Assembly: GCA_951406725.2 (NCBI GenBank)
Contig: OX597818.1
Coordinates: forward strand, 27,982,001-28,044,000
Reading direction: 5' to 3'
DNA length: 62,000 nt
From: Octopus vulgaris
Taxonomy: Eukaryota
Of this stretch, positions 34,420 through 48,795 are shown piece after piece. The translations under genes were made by a program, and so were the position numbers. How positions within the stretch are numbered: position 1 is the stretch's first letter; each line of letters starts with the position of its first letter. The notes under the pieces were generated by a model that was not told the DNA's origin, did no database searches, and was given only the letters and a program-made list of their open reading frames with translations.

Positions 34420-35290
34420 AATCTGTTACACATCTTTTCACTCACAAATATTTAAACTTAATGTAAATTCAACATTCTTCAAATATTTTTCACTGATCGA
34501 AAATACCCCAACTATCCAAACTTCAGTACCAAACAACTATGACAATAAGCAACCATCACCAAGAAAAATTTCTCATCCCCACATCAGAATCATACAGTAA
34601 ACTCTCCTGACAGTTGCTGCAAAACTACCAAACCAGAAAAATCACATGGGTGAGAGCTGATAGTTATTGGTACAGAAAGCACATGTTCTACAGAGCAACC
34701 TTGATAAATTATTCAAAGATACAATGATCACTGAGATTAACGTGCTATATTGGCAGACAGTTGCACATACAATGCTAGTGGCTGAAGATGAGAATCATAT
34801 GACCAAAAACTAAAGGATCATAACATACTTGAATGTTATATATACATTATATATATTTATCTTGAATGCATTCCTCCAGGATCACTGTAAAACAAATAAT
34901 GTGTTGTGACTGAAGAGTAGGCAGGATGAAAAGAAAGAAGTCTTGTGTTGGGATAAACAGTTTCTTGTTAACCTTCTTTAAGGTAACAAAACAACATTGC
35001 TAAAACTTGCTGACTGTATGACTAGGCTATAAGAAGTTGTTTTGATTCCATTCCTCACTCATGGATAAGAGAATCACTACATTTTGCTGAGGTTCCAAAT
35101 GGTATATTCATTGCTATTAAGGGACTGACAACAACATAGTCCACAAAAGCTATGAATAAGAAATGGAACTACCACTATAGTCACTGACAAAATTACATTA
35201 TCAACAAGAATATTTCTGGGTGACAGCTTATCTGTAAATCTTTTCATCCTAGAAGTGAACCTTTTGTCAGCCTTTTAAGGGCTACATGAT
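34420..35290 (+). mobile_element. R4/Dong-like (RLE-type) LINE RT fossil
   Basis: YWYRKHMFYR; CFDSIPHSWIRESL; RIFLGDSLSVNLFILEVN, resembling AFDSVPHSW and GIFQGDSLSPLLF. Confidence 0.75.
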
Positions 35291-35344
35291 AGGATCTGCA
35301 AATGAAAGGAGGATTTGTGTCATCCACATCTATTCTGTTGGTAA

Positions 35345-35381
<37 letters not shown>

Positions 35382-35763
35382 CCCACCCCTCACCACTACT
35401 ACCATCTCACAGTTTTATTTTCCATATTCTTTTGTTCATCCTCATCATCTTTTGTTGATCATAAAAGGTGGATCACTTCTTTTGGGGTGGGATGGTGGGT
35501 AGGTATACCATACTTCACAGTTTAATGTCATCATCCACCCATTGGTTGTCTTGAGTGGAATTCATACCAGACCCTCTACACTTCCTTCAATACCAAAAAT
35601 TAGATCCAAATCTCTTGATCAATCCTCCCTCCTCTTTTCAAACATCCAAAGTTTTTTCTCTCTCCTAGATTCCATATATCACCTCTTGTACACATCTTAT
35701 TTCTCACTATGATGTAAATTTTTTAACACCTATCCATAACCCAACTCCATTGTCCAGATTACA

Positions 35764-36340
35764 TTCATCATCATCATCATCATCGTTTAACGTCTGTTTT
35801 CCATGCTAGCATGGGTTGGGCAGTTCGACCAGGGTCTGGGAAGCCAGGAGGCTGCACCAGGTTCCAGTCTGATCTGGCAGTGTTTCTACAGCTGGATGCT
35901 CTTCCTAACGCCAACCACTCCATGAGTGTAATGGGTGCTTTTTCGTGCCACCGGCACAGAGGCCAGGGGAAGCTGGCAACATCCATGATTGGTTGATGCT
36001 TGGTGTTTTTTACGTGCCACCGGCATGAATATTAGTAAAGGCGGCGCTGGCATTGGCCATGTTCGGATGGTGTTTTTTACATGCCACCAGCATGGGTATC
36101 ACAACTACAATTTCTATTTGATTTTTATTTTGATGTTGATGTACTTGACTCAATAGGTCTCCTCAAGCACAGCAGGTTGCCCTGCAATCCAAGGTAAGCA
36201 CAGCTGACCATCCTGCAAGCCATGAACTCATTTCATTTGTCGTGTCTTCTCAGTCACAGCATATCTCCAGAGGTCTCGGTCTTTCATCATTGCCTGTGTA
36301 AGGCCCAACGCTCAAAGGTCATGCTTGACCACCTCCTCTT
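35764..36340 (-). mobile_element. RTE-LINE 3' end
   Basis: (CAT)n plus the reverse complement of the shared tail and 3' UTR. Confidence 0.88.
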
Positions 36341-39300
36341 CTCAAATTTCATTACAAAACATAGTAGTGCTAGTACATATACAAATGCTGCTCTCCCAAT
36401 ATCTCACCTTTTTCATCTTCATTTCTGCAATCCAACTTTTCAAGTTTTCTTCCCTGATTCCTACATATATGTCTGTTCCCCCTATCATACGCCGAGCTCC
36501 TTAAAATATCAGTAATTCTTTCACCATAGCTTTTCCTGCATTGAAAACATATATTTCAACTCTTTCCTCTTTGTCATCATCCTTGAAGACTTCAATATTC
36601 TCAGATCCTGCAGTGGTCAATTTGGCTTTTCATCCTTTCATGGTTGATAATCAAAGCACAAATCCAGGCTGGGGGGTTAGCAGAGCTACGAAAAGGTTGT
36701 ACCTGATGCCTTTTACTGCTTGTCTTTGTTAACTACCACCTGCAACTTGGATGCTTTTAGTGGAGTCTGCTCAGTTGCTGGCATTCTCTGGTTTGAATAT
36801 GCCTTCCTATTTCCCACAATTTTCAAGAAGCTTTATGTCATGGGCACTGCCTTGCCTTCTCAACTTCCTCCTGTGTTCACCAAATTCTATAATATCTAAC
36901 ACTGTTGGATATACTATGACTATTTATGTAGTGTAAATCCACTCTTCATATCAATACCTTGAAATAATCTTCATAAATCCAAGAATAGTTGTGTATTGCT
37001 TTGATGGGAAATGCTTACAAATTTTATAATCACTATTTTTCTATTCCTTGATTCAAAGATTAGTATCTTTAATTGGATTATCTGAAATCATTAAAAAAAC
37101 ATGTTATGGAAATAAAAGTTGTAAACAACTCTTCCTAAACAGCTATATTAGGATTTTAAAAGATTATTTCTCAATATAGATTCAAAGTAGTTTATTTGAC
37201 AGTTGTATTAAAGCAATGGCATAGTGGTTAATGAATAAGGCATTAACCATTACGCTATATGTAGAATATTCTTACTAAATATCTGCACCAACACTTGGTA
37301 TAAAATAATGAAACGTGTCCTATCTTCAATCATAGATGTATCCCCATGTTTTAGTTAAATGTTGAACTTATTGTTAGAGGACTGCACACACACAAATGTA
37401 TTTTACTTACATGACCCTAGTAAACTGGATGAAAGAAATAATAAATAAAGCTGGTGATCATAACAGTTAAGTTCCCATGTGGGTATGAACTAAGCATGGA
37501 TTCAAATAGGATGTTTAGAAATTTAGCTATGAATTGGCTTATTTCACTGTTGAATTTGAATTACCAGCTGTAGTATAATAGTTAATGCACCATGAAATCA
37601 TGAGGGAGAGGTTCAATTCTAATCATCTCTTCATTTTCATATATCTCTTTTGTTTGCATCTATAATTAATTTATGATACCCAAATAGGCTCTATATAAAA
37701 ATCTACAAGGTGCTTGCATGCATGTGTGAATCAGCTATCACTTGGAATGTAATAAAATATCAATTGTAACATGAGTGTGATACGACAGTCACTATAAATT
37801 GGATTGAATGTGAGATATTCATAACAGTTGAGGACAATGTCATTTGCTAACCATCCACTTTTCATTTACTAGTCACTATTTGGTAGCGAGTATTCAAGTT
37901 TAGGCTATGATTTTATACCAAATGTATAGAAATAGCAAATAAAATGGCAACTAAAAATATGTAACAGTCTCCCTTTTTGTGTAAAAAGTCATTAAAACTT
38001 TAGAACTTATTGCTCTAACGAATCCATGTTTTCTTTACTGTAACTTACGGTAATTTTTACATCTTTTAATATAATTTCTGAGATCATAATTCATATTTTC
38101 TTTCCTTAAGAAGAATTTTGTTTGTACACCTAATTTTAAAGTTCCAGTCATTCTAGTATTTAAGCAAGCGTCTTCTATAATAATACTCTTGTGGTTTTCT
38201 CTGTCACAACATATGAATGAGAAAGGAAGGGGTGATAGCAAACTGGTTGTGGGAGCATTTTAACTCTGTGTGAGTATATGTGTATGTAAAAGGGAGGTAT
38301 GTGAATGTTCGTGTGTGTGTGTATGTGAGTATATGTGTGTGTGTACACGTACAAGTGAAGTATGTGAATGTATGTGTGAACCAGCATTCTTTCAGTAACA
38401 AACGATGATCAATGTCACATCTCAAAAGACAACCACTAGATTACATTGACAAGTGTATTAATTTGATTTACCATCTATATTTATATATAAAATGCTACAA
38501 TTAGCCAGCATTTTTGATGGCACGGGGCCAGCTAGTTGTTTAATATTTAATTATTTTTATGCAAAGCATGTAATCATTTTTCACTAACAACAAGCATCAA
38601 ATAACTCTTTAAGAGATCAGGATCTCATGGTAACATCCCATGTACATTTTTATTATTTTATTTTTCAGATTACTAGTGATGGTCCATGTCAGTCTCATTG
38701 TCATCATTTCATGGACTCTTCTTGCAAGCTCTACAGATTTGGACTAAATATCCGATACTACCATAACATTATTGATCTCTGTCTTATTTTTGTATTTAAT
38801 GCATTGACAAATTCTCAATTTATCTTCAGTCTTTATAAATGTCTACCTATAAGCAAACATTTGCATTTATAAAGTAAACCCAGTTAAATTTCTGTATTTC
38901 TTTCCTCTTATATGAGTCATCATCATCTAAATACAGAATGGATATTTAGCAACATGGTTATGAATATCATTGATTTTTGAAACATATTTTGGAACAGTCT
39001 CTTGAAAAAATTTTAAGAATTTGAATTCACAACAATCTTTGACAAATGAGCTGCAATTACGATTGTTTTTTTTTTCTACATTAAACATATTCTTGAAACC
39101 ATTTACAACTTCATGATCAAAGTTTGTGATGTTCACTTTACATAAGTTCTTTATATACTTTCTATCAGTTAACTTCACTTGGATCAATGTATTCAGGTTT
39201 CATTCTGTCACATATATATATATACATAATTTCAGAATTATAGTCCTTGATGTTATCAAGTTTTAAAAGTTATCATTTCAGCGCTTTTGAATCCAGGGTC

Positions 39301-41115
39301 AGTTTTCTTTTAAATACTCAAAATATATATACACCAGTTATTTTTTACTTCTTGGTGATTGTGAGGCTATCTTTCCTGTTAACAATTTCAATAGAATTTT
39401 ATTTTACTCTTTCCTAAGATACAAGAACATCCAAATCTAAATTGTTAGAATACATAGATATAAAAGAAACCAAACTTACAGTTTGTACACAAGTAGCCTT
39501 GTGGATGCTAATGGTGATTCTCTGTAACTGCCTGAGATGGGAGATCGATGCTAAGACTTCGTCCAGACAGAGCAAGTTCAAGTCACCATCATGTTGCACA
39601 TGTCTGTCTGCCTTTAGTATTGAAAGGGATACACCCCTCTGGAGGTTAAGCAGCTCGAGCAGTGCCACAGGTGCAGGGATTTTGAGATGCAATGAGTTTG
39701 ACTCAAGAGAGGTGGAAGCATGGCACAGGAGTGACATTTCTCATTCCCAGCATTATGGAGGACTGGGGAAAGAACATTCATGGAAAAGGTTTGGGCATAT
39801 CCAGAGCTGTGTCTGTATGTATGTGTGTGTGTTTGTGTGTTAAAAACTAATTTTGAATGGAATTGAAATTATGTCAGTATTCGCAAAAGTAAGTGACAAG
39901 AAACAGAAAGGTTAAAAAAAAAAAGATATTTGGTTTTACTATAAAAATACAACAGCTCAGTTATTTTTCTTAGCACCATTGTAGGTTATATGTTAATTAC
40001 CTCAAAAATGCAGTCATTGTTTTTAAATAGTACAATTGTTGCATGGAAAATGTGAAAATAAAAATTTTGTATTAAAGATTCATGTGAGAAAGATTATGCA
40101 TGCAACTGATATAATTTCATTCACCAAATTTTCACATCATCCATCTCAAGCATACAAAAAGAATGCACAAAAAAAAAGAGAAAAATGTTATGTCTCAAGA
40201 TAAACAGGAAAGACAGAACTGTTATAAAAAAATATTTTAAATTTAAGTGTCTTGCTTGGTTCATGCTTTTCCTAAATGATTGATATATAGTTTAACTCCT
40301 GCTCACTAAAACAAAAAAGAAAACCAGTCTAATAGGTGGAAAATAATGTGTTGAAAATGAATATGAATATAAAAATTTGTGCAAATGAGGGTTGGTGTGG
40401 AGAGGGCTTTTGGAAAATTCACAAGATTTGATTTTTTCCTCATAACTTTCAGAAAAATGTATATGTATTGATGAAATTTTATAGAAATACCGCTTACATG
40501 GCATAGATTGCGACTATAAAGAAATAAGTGGGGAAAATGTTTTCTGATGCAGTGAGGAGAAGATTTCAGAAAATTCACATAAATTAACATTATAATCCAG
40601 ATTTCACTGGGTATTTTGGTTAGTATATTCATGTGTGTATGTATGTGTATTTATGCATCCTAGGGTATGCATGTGTGTGAGAGAAGTGAAAAGCCAACAT
40701 TAGATTGGATATGGATAGTGACCCATGACTGGAGCACAATTTCAAGTCAAAATGAGAGAGACAGAAGTGTAAAGCATTTTGTTTGAAGAATATGTATTTA
40801 CTGCATATGTCTGTATAGTTGTGTGCGTGTATATGTGCATGTTCATAACTGTAAACTTTTGTATATGTGTATTTCTGTTCATACACAAAAACAAATGCAC
40901 AGATATGTATAAAGTTATCCAGTTGAATAAGTATCTGAAGATACTGCCTCTGCACCTAACTCAACCACTCCATGTCAAATTTTGATGTTTTGCCATCTAC
41001 TTTAACACTCTGATTCTGAAGCTTCACCCACCTCTTTTAAACACTCTTTCAGCCTTCCTATAATGCTTGTAACACATTGGCCTAGTTCAATTTTCAAAGT
41101 GTTACTACAACATAA

Positions 41116-41168
<53 letters not shown>

Positions 41169-41624
41169 CATACACACACACAGAGTAAAGTAATTTATTT
41201 TATAGAAGGAGCTTCTACAGGACTAGAACTGTTTCATATATAGGAAGCTGGCTGTCAAAATAAGTTCAGGTATTTATGCATTTAGGCAGATTTAATGGAG
41301 TGGTGGTGACAGGGGGGGACGTTTTTTGGGTAGGTTGGTATTTAGGAGATAAACAGGGCACAAGCTATTGTTCTTAGGGGAGTGGTCAAAAGGCCAGAGT
41401 GTTTTTTGAAATGAGAAGAATCAGTGAGAAAATAAATAAATAAATAAATAAATGAATAAATAGAATAAATGAATAGAAACCCCAAGAATAGTATTTCAAC
41501 AGATATATGGGATGGGATTTTAGGTAAAATAGAAGACAATTGCTTTTAGGTGGTCAAGAAGAGGTAGGCAGTTTGTTATTGTTAGGTGGAGGGAATAAAT
41601 AGATAAATATACATGAAAAAACAT

Positions 41625-41765
41625 AAAAAAATATCCAAATCCACTCACAAGACTTTGGTCGGCCTGAGGTTATAGTAGAAGACAGTTGCCCAAGGTACTA
41701 CACAGTGGGACTGAACCCGGAACCATGTGGTTGGTAAGGAAGCTACTTACTACACAGCCACTCCT
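41625..41765 (-). mobile_element. tRNA-derived SINE
   Basis: Reverse complement: GGAGTGGCTGTGTAGTAAGTAGCTTCC...GGTTCCGGGTTCAGTCCCACTG (A- and B-box-like). Confidence 0.88.
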
Positions 41766-41786
41766 ATATGTATATATATATATATA

Positions 41787-41965
41787 TGTGGCACGTAAAA
41801 AGCACCCACTACACTCACGGAGTGGTTGGCGTTAGGAAGGGCATCCAGCTGTAGAAACATTGCCAAATTTAGACTGGAGCCTGGTGCAGCCTTCTGGCTT
41901 CCCAGAACCCCGGTCGAACCGTCCAACCCATGCTAGCATGGAGAACGGACGTTAAACGACGATGA

Positions 41966-41968
<3 letters not shown>
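41787..41968 (+). mobile_element. RTE-LINE 3' tail copy
   Basis: Shared tail plus GACGATGATG. Confidence 0.9.
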
Positions 41969-42022
<54 letters not shown>

Positions 42023-42365
42023 TACATACATATGTTGGGGTGTCCATGTTAGTATTTGGGTGTGTTGGTGAGCGTGTTTGTGGGTGAATGCTCTGTTCAA
42101 ATATATATATATATATGTGTATATCATTTATTGTTAATGCAGGTATGCGTGTATTTCTGTTTATATCTGTATGTAGATGCATATATATATGCATGTATAT
42201 GTATGTGTATATGCATATGTATATATATGTGTGTGTATGTGTATTTGTAAGTATGTTTTTGAATGTGTAAATATATATATATATGTATATGTGTGTATAT
42301 GTATATATATAGATGTGTGTGTATGAGTGTATGTATGTCTATGTATCTGTATATGTATGTACGTG

Positions 42366-42406
<41 letters not shown>

Positions 42407-42659
42407 CTTTAAACTCTGGCTCTGTTGACACTTATATATAAGAGAATTGTTTATATATAAAAAAAATGTATATAAGTTGAAGCAAATTGTTGATCTTTTG
42501 ATGTTTTAATAATTGTTTATGTTATGTTATATCATATTCATAATATATTATGTTATAATATAAATAAATTATTAGAATGTCAATTGTATCTCTCCATTTA
42601 ATTTTATCTTTATACATATATATTTACATACATATATGTAATATGTACATGTATACATA

Positions 42660-42716
<57 letters not shown>

Positions 42717-44637
42717 ATATATATACATACATATATATGTATGTATATATATAAATTTATATAATTAAGGATAAGATCGTTAATCTAAAAATAAAATAAC
42801 GATTTTATCAAGTGGTTAGCATGGAAAAAAAATAACCTTTAAAGGTAATAATTATTAAAATTATGTATTAGGGAATCTACGAGATACTACCATGCTGAAA
42901 ATAGCAGTCACGATCTGACTCTAAAACCACCTTAATTGTCCATATATCAACATGGAGAGAAAACAAATAGACAAGATGAAACTAGTAAAAAATTACTGGA
43001 TAATTCTAGATCCCGGACTTCTGACTTTTTATTTAGGAATGCTTTGCCTCGTTAGTAGAATACACACACACGAGAAACATAAATACATACACACATACAT
43101 AGGTAATTAAATATTAGAGTATAGCTAGGCTAAAGATATTCAATAGTTTATTAATGTTTTTATTAAGCTAAATTATATCTTCACAGATAAATACATTTTT
43201 CCATATATTGACTCTATTTTTTTTACCTTCAATATTTAACACGATAAATGTATTGTAGACAACTGGTCCTAATGTTTTAAGTTTCAAATTATATAATGGA
43301 GTTTCTTTTATAAGAAAAATCATTATTTCATTATTTTATTTTTTAAACTCTATTTGCTTATTTATTTAACTATTATTGTTATTATTGTTAACCTGAAGAG
43401 TGACTATAATTATAAATTGAATTGATATTCGATTAAATTTAAATTTAATTGTAATTCGAATTTATTTATAGCCATGAAATGTGCGTAGTTTTTTTTACTT
43501 ACTATATATTGATTATTCATTTTTGTACCTTTTGTGATCTAGTTATATATTTCTAAAAAATATATTTTATTTTTTATTTATGATTTGGTTTATGTCTATC
43601 ATTGTTTGAATTGCATAATAGTGGTTTCTCTAATTTATGTATTATACACACACACGCACGCACACACACACACGCACACACACGCACACACACACATACA
43701 CACACACATATATATCATTCTGTGTATATCTTGTATAGTGCTAAAAAATACAAGTGTATCAGTAGCAGTAAAAAGCATCCAGCAACACTAGCAGCAGTGG
43801 AAATTGCTAAATCTGGATTTAAGATCACATGAGAGACAGAGTAGTATACTCACTTAGTGGTAACTCTTAATAGCCACTGTAGTATGGAAATAGTCTTGTA
43901 TGAGGTAAAGGTAACATCAAAAGACCAGGTATGTGGAAGTATGTCTGAGCAACAGAAGATCCTTTTAGGACCATATTCAATAACCATAATCCCCTCTTTA
44001 ATATCCTAGAGACATGAAATGCCACAACCCTGGCTAGGCACTTACAATCATAAAGGGAAAGCAACATGAAGTAAAACATAAAGTAGAAAATCTTAGAGAA
44101 ATGCAAAATATCAGTGACCTTTGGGGCTAGGGGACTAACTCTTGATATAACTCATGTCCTTTTGTTTCATTGTTTTTCACAGCACCCACAAACCAGATTT
44201 TCACTACCAATAAAGGAGAGCAGTTGCCATATCTTTTCTCCATAACTGTCAGCTCTGACAAGCATGTGGTATTACATAATCATGCTGTTATCTATCATCC
44301 TGTTTAATATCCAGTGTGAAACCAGTTGAAAAGATCAGGCATAATGGATACATAATACTGTACCCTCTGATTAATATACCCACTCCATTGACAAATATAA
44401 CAGTACATTTTTTCTCACATGAATTGTTAGACAACTGCATACATAAATGTATACATAGGTATATGTACCTTAACATACATACATCAACACATGTACATGA
44501 AGAACATATGAATACATACACACATACCAATAGGAACTCTAAATGTAAGTGCATATACTTATGAGTACAATGCATGAAACTCTTGACCCATGACTCACTT
44601 TGTAACTTCTACTGATGAAAAACTATATGCACACACA

Positions 44638-44842
44638 TCATCACCATCATCATCCTCGTTTAACGTCTGCTTTCCATGCTAGCATGGGTTGGACGATTTG
44701 ACTGAGGTCTGGCAAACCAGATGGCTGCATCAGGCTCCAATCTGATCTGGCAGAGTTTCTATAGCTGGATGCCCTTCCTAACGCCAACCACTCTGAGAGT
44801 GTAGTGGGTGCTTTTACATGCCACTGGCACAAGGGCCATTCA
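44638..44842 (-). mobile_element. RTE-LINE 3' tail copy
   Basis: (CAT)n plus reverse-complemented shared tail. Confidence 0.9.
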
Positions 44843-45053
44843 GATTGAAAGTTTCAAAATAATTGAATTTTGTTATTCCATTTTCTCTCCCAAACCTTTA
44901 GCTTTTAGATGTATTATCAAAAAGATAAATTAAAACTCTAAATTTCTCCTTCCTGAGATGATTTGGTAACCATAGAAAATAGATATTTTGACACTGAATT
45001 ATCAGGATGTTTGTAAATGTAGATTATCTAAAAGCCAAATTATTTGAGTTCAG

Positions 45054-45100
45054 TCATTATGACAACAATTAACAGAATATCATATTTCAACAATGTTTAA
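45054..45100 (+). CDS. Candidate phase-1 terminal exon: (x)IMTTINRISYFNNV*
   Basis: AG acceptor retained in both duplicates; all 3 differences from 52055-52101 are synonymous in this frame (ACA/ACT, TCA/TCG, TAA/TAG). Confidence 0.4.
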
Positions 45101-45844
45101 ATAAGAATTAGAATATTGCTTGAGTGTATAAGTAGAGTGGTGTTTGTTTTGGGAATTACCATTTATGTAGATTAATTGAAACTATAAATTATATGGTTTC
45201 ATATTTTAACGATTGTCTCAACTCCAATAACAATGAATTTGAACATATATCTAAAAGATCATTTGGTAACTTTTGGATAAACCTCATGTTTCACTACTAA
45301 GAATATCCTTAACATTCTAAATCAGATATGTAGATGAGCTGTTTAAGTTATTTATTTTCTTATGGACAAATCAATTTACTTTCTCAAAATTTAAGCATTT
45401 AGTGTTGGAGTGAATGATATATTTCTTTGTTGTTTTGGTTTGGTAACTGTATTCAGCCCTAACCTCTCAGCTACTACATCCCTATAATATGCTGTCTTTC
45501 ATTAGTTGAAACATTAGCATTAGGAAGGATACCTAACTTTGAAAATAGTTGCTCTAACAATTCTCCCAGATTAGTTCATCAGGAACGAAATAAACTAAAC
45601 TTGAAGGTACATCAGATGAAATAACAGCTAAAAAACAAAACAACAAAAATACATCAACTTTTAAAGTATAAAATTGTTAAGATTTGTTTATAGTATAAAC
45701 AGTCAGTACATTTAGATCTGAATGTGCCTGATGCTCTGTAATACTAGGATGTTTCAATATAAGCATGTGAAATAGGACAGGCAAACTAAGTGACAGTCTT
45801 ACATATTGTAGAAAAGAGTTGCAAAAATAAGAATGGTATGTAAG

Positions 45845-46005
45845 GTGCAGGCATGGCTGTGTGGTAAGGAGTTTACTTCCCAGCCACATGGCTGTGGGTT
45901 TCGTCCCATTGTGTGGAACCTTGAGCAAGTGTCTTCTACTATAACCTTGGGCCAAGCAACGCTTGTGAGTGTATTTAGTAGGGGAAAACTGAAAGAAGCC
46001 CATCA
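45845..46005 (+). mobile_element. tRNA-derived SINE
   Basis: GGTGCAGGCATGGCTGTGTGGTAAG...GGAAAACTGAAAGAAGCCC. Confidence 0.85.
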
Positions 46006-46527
46006 TATTTTATATATGCCATGGGGAGCTGAAAAGTTCCTGGCTTTAAAGTTATATTTCAAATAGCCTTGTTGGAGGCCCATAACTTAATTACAGATTT
46101 ATACATTAAATTTGCATTTATGTGACGTGAGGATAATTTCATCAGAGAAAAAAGATGTACCTTGGGATGTTATATGCGGACCTATCAATTCATTTCAGCA
46201 GATTAAATATTATAGTTTATGATTTCTATTATTATATTCTGGGGTGAAGTATTGTTTATGGATTGATTAGAATATGATTAGAGATAAAGTAAAATAAATA
46301 AAACCAGAACAATAAATAAAGTAAAAATAGAGATGATTAAGAGGAAATAAACATAAAAAACGTAAATTTATAGTTAATAAAAAGAATAAGGTATAAATAA
46401 AATTATAAAAGTTTATATAGGTATATGTGTGTATATATATACACACACACATGGTCACACACACATACACACACAGATACATGTATATACATGAATCCTC
46501 ACATATATGCATATATATGTATATGTT

Positions 46528-46558
<31 letters not shown>

Positions 46559-47378
46559 GTATGTATATTCTTCATACCCATCACCCATCTAAATGAAATT
46601 AATGTAGATGCTTATTAATAAATATGTACCCATTTGGTATATGAAATTTTGAATTAGTGTGTCTGTACTATAGCATTTCATGATGACTATATCTATTCTT
46701 AACAGTTTTAGTATAATGTGGATGTTTAAATATCCATACATATACATACACACACATATACATACATACATATGCATACGCTTACCCATGCATAGACATA
46801 CAAAAATACATACATATACATGCATATACATATGCACACATATACAAAAATATTTGTGTGTGTGTGCACATCCACATATCCACATAGATTATATACACAT
46901 GCTCTTAGATAATATGAGCATAAAAATATATGATTTTATTTTTCTTGTTCCTGTGTTAATATACGTGTATGTATACAAATGCACACAATTATGTATGCAC
47001 ATGTGTGTGTTTGCATGGGTATTTATGTATTCATGCATGCATATATGAATATGTGTAAATCGATATGTGTATGCGTAACTATAATTCCACATATTCCTAT
47101 AAACAATTTCACATGCTATTTAATCGTGTATATAGATGACTTTACATACTTTCCATTTTCTTGTACTTATGGGCATGTATGCATACACACACATGCGTAA
47201 ACAATTATGGCTATGTGTAGATAAATTTGAAGTGTTTATGGATGTGTGGGTATTTATGTACATGTGTGTGTAAGAATATAATTATACATACCTGTATGTA
47301 TGTGAGTGCACGGCTGTATATGTATGTATATATACATATATGAATATATGCACATGCATGTGTGTGTGCATATACATA

Positions 47379-48065
47379 TCATCATCATCATCGTTTAACG
47401 TCTGTTTTCTGCGCTAGCACGGGTTGGACGGTTTGACCGGGGTCTGGGAAGCCAGGGGCTGCTCCAGGCTCCAGTCTGATCTGGCAGAGTTTCTACGGCT
47501 GGATGCCCTTCCTAATGCCAACCACTCCACGAGTGTAGTGGGTGCTTTTTACATGCCACCTGCACAGGTGCCAGGGGAGTCCGGCATCGGCCATGATCGG
47601 TTGGAGCTTTTAACGTGCCAGCCAAGGCTGGCAACGGCCACATTCAGATGGTGCTTTTTATGTGCCACCGGCACAGAAGCCAGTCGGTGCGGCGCTGGCA
47701 TCGGCCACGTTTGGATGGTGCTTTTTATGTGCCACTGGCACAGAAGCCAGTTGGGGTGGTGCTGGCATCGGCCACGTTCAGATGGTGCTTTTTATGTGTC
47801 ACCGGCACAGAAGCCAGTCGAGTCGGCGCTGGCTACGGCCACATTCGGATGGTGCTTTTTATGTGTCACCGGCACAGGTATCACAACTACTATTTCCATT
47901 GATATTTATTTCGATGTTCATGTTCATGTACTTGACTCAACAGGTCTCCTCAAGCACAGCGGGACGTTCTGGGATCCAGGGTACTTTGAATGGGCAGGGG
48001 CTATGTGGAACTGGTGCAGGAAGCAGCCCGGGTCTTTGCAGTCACAGCATATCTCCAGAGATCTC
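47379..48065 (-). mobile_element. RTE-LINE 3' end with minisatellite 3' UTR
   Basis: (CAT)n, shared tail, and tandem GGCCAC(A/G)TTC(A/G)GATGGTGCTTTTTATGTG(C/T)CACCGGCACAG units. Confidence 0.9.
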
Positions 48066-48329
48066 GGTCCTTTATATGCTTATATAAATGTGTGTATATA
48101 TGAGTAGATGCACATACATATGAGTGCATGTGCCTGTATCTGTGCACACATGTGTGTATACATGTATGTGTGTAGCTGTATATGTACACATATATACGTA
48201 TACACATATATTTTTTATATATGTGTGCGTATGTATATGCATGTATATTTATGCATATGTGTATGTCTATGCATGTGTATGCATATGCATGCGTTCGTAT
48301 GTATATGCGTATGTATATATGTGAGGCAA

Positions 48330-48795
48330 GTGAAATTGAAATCGAAATCAAATTCGATGACTGGCATACGAGCGTGATTGTTGCCAGAGCAACAAGCTGG
48401 CTTCTGTACCGGTGGCACATAAAAAGCACCATTCAAGCGTGATCATTACCTACATCACTTTATTGGCACTTGTGCTGGTGGCACGTGAAAAAACATTCGA
48501 GCGAGGTCGTTGCCAGTGCCGTTGGACTGGCTCCTGTGCAGGTGGCACATAAAAAGTGCCATTTGAGCGTGGCTGTTGCCAGTACCGCCTGACTGGCCCT
48601 CATGCAGGTGGCATGTAAAAGCACCCACTACACTCTCGAAGTGGTTGGCATTAGGAAGGGCATCCAGCTGTAGAAACTCTGCCAGTTCAGACTGGAGTCT
48701 GGTGCAGCCATCTGGTTCATCAGACCTCAGTAAATCCTCCAACCAATGCTAGCATGGAAAGTGGACATTAAACGATAATGATGATGATGATGATG
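48330..48795 (+). mobile_element. RTE-LINE 3' UTR/tail copy
   Basis: Minisatellite units plus shared tail plus (GAT)n. Confidence 0.88.

Larger units (their letters stand above)
44846..46080 (+). repeat. Local segmental duplication, copy 1 (paralogue at 51838-54062)
   Basis: Colinear similarity, including the same SINE insertion site (AAGGTGCAGGCAT) and the same downstream mariner-MITE start. Confidence 0.85.

Noticed and set aside
38669-38872. Very strong plus acceptor (ttattttatttttcAG) followed by a hydrophobic frame LLVMVHVSLIVIISWTLL, or DY-stop in phase 1
   Set aside because: No donor, homology or duplicate evidence to choose a frame; T-rich acceptors arise by chance here.
38927-39187. 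86-aa minus ORF MIQVKLTDRK...
   Set aside because: AT-rich composition, no splice sites and no recognisable family.
39855-39894. TATGTCAGTATTCGCAAAA|GTAAGT reading YVSIRK like an array exon
   Set aside because: In-frame TGA upstream and no acceptor AG at a compatible position.
45570-45606. 37-nt exon-like LVHQERNKLNLK with a branch-like CTAAC and acceptor in both duplicates
   Set aside because: The donor is GT only in copy 1 (AT at the copy-2 position), the differences are largely non-synonymous, and the phase is incompatible with the array.
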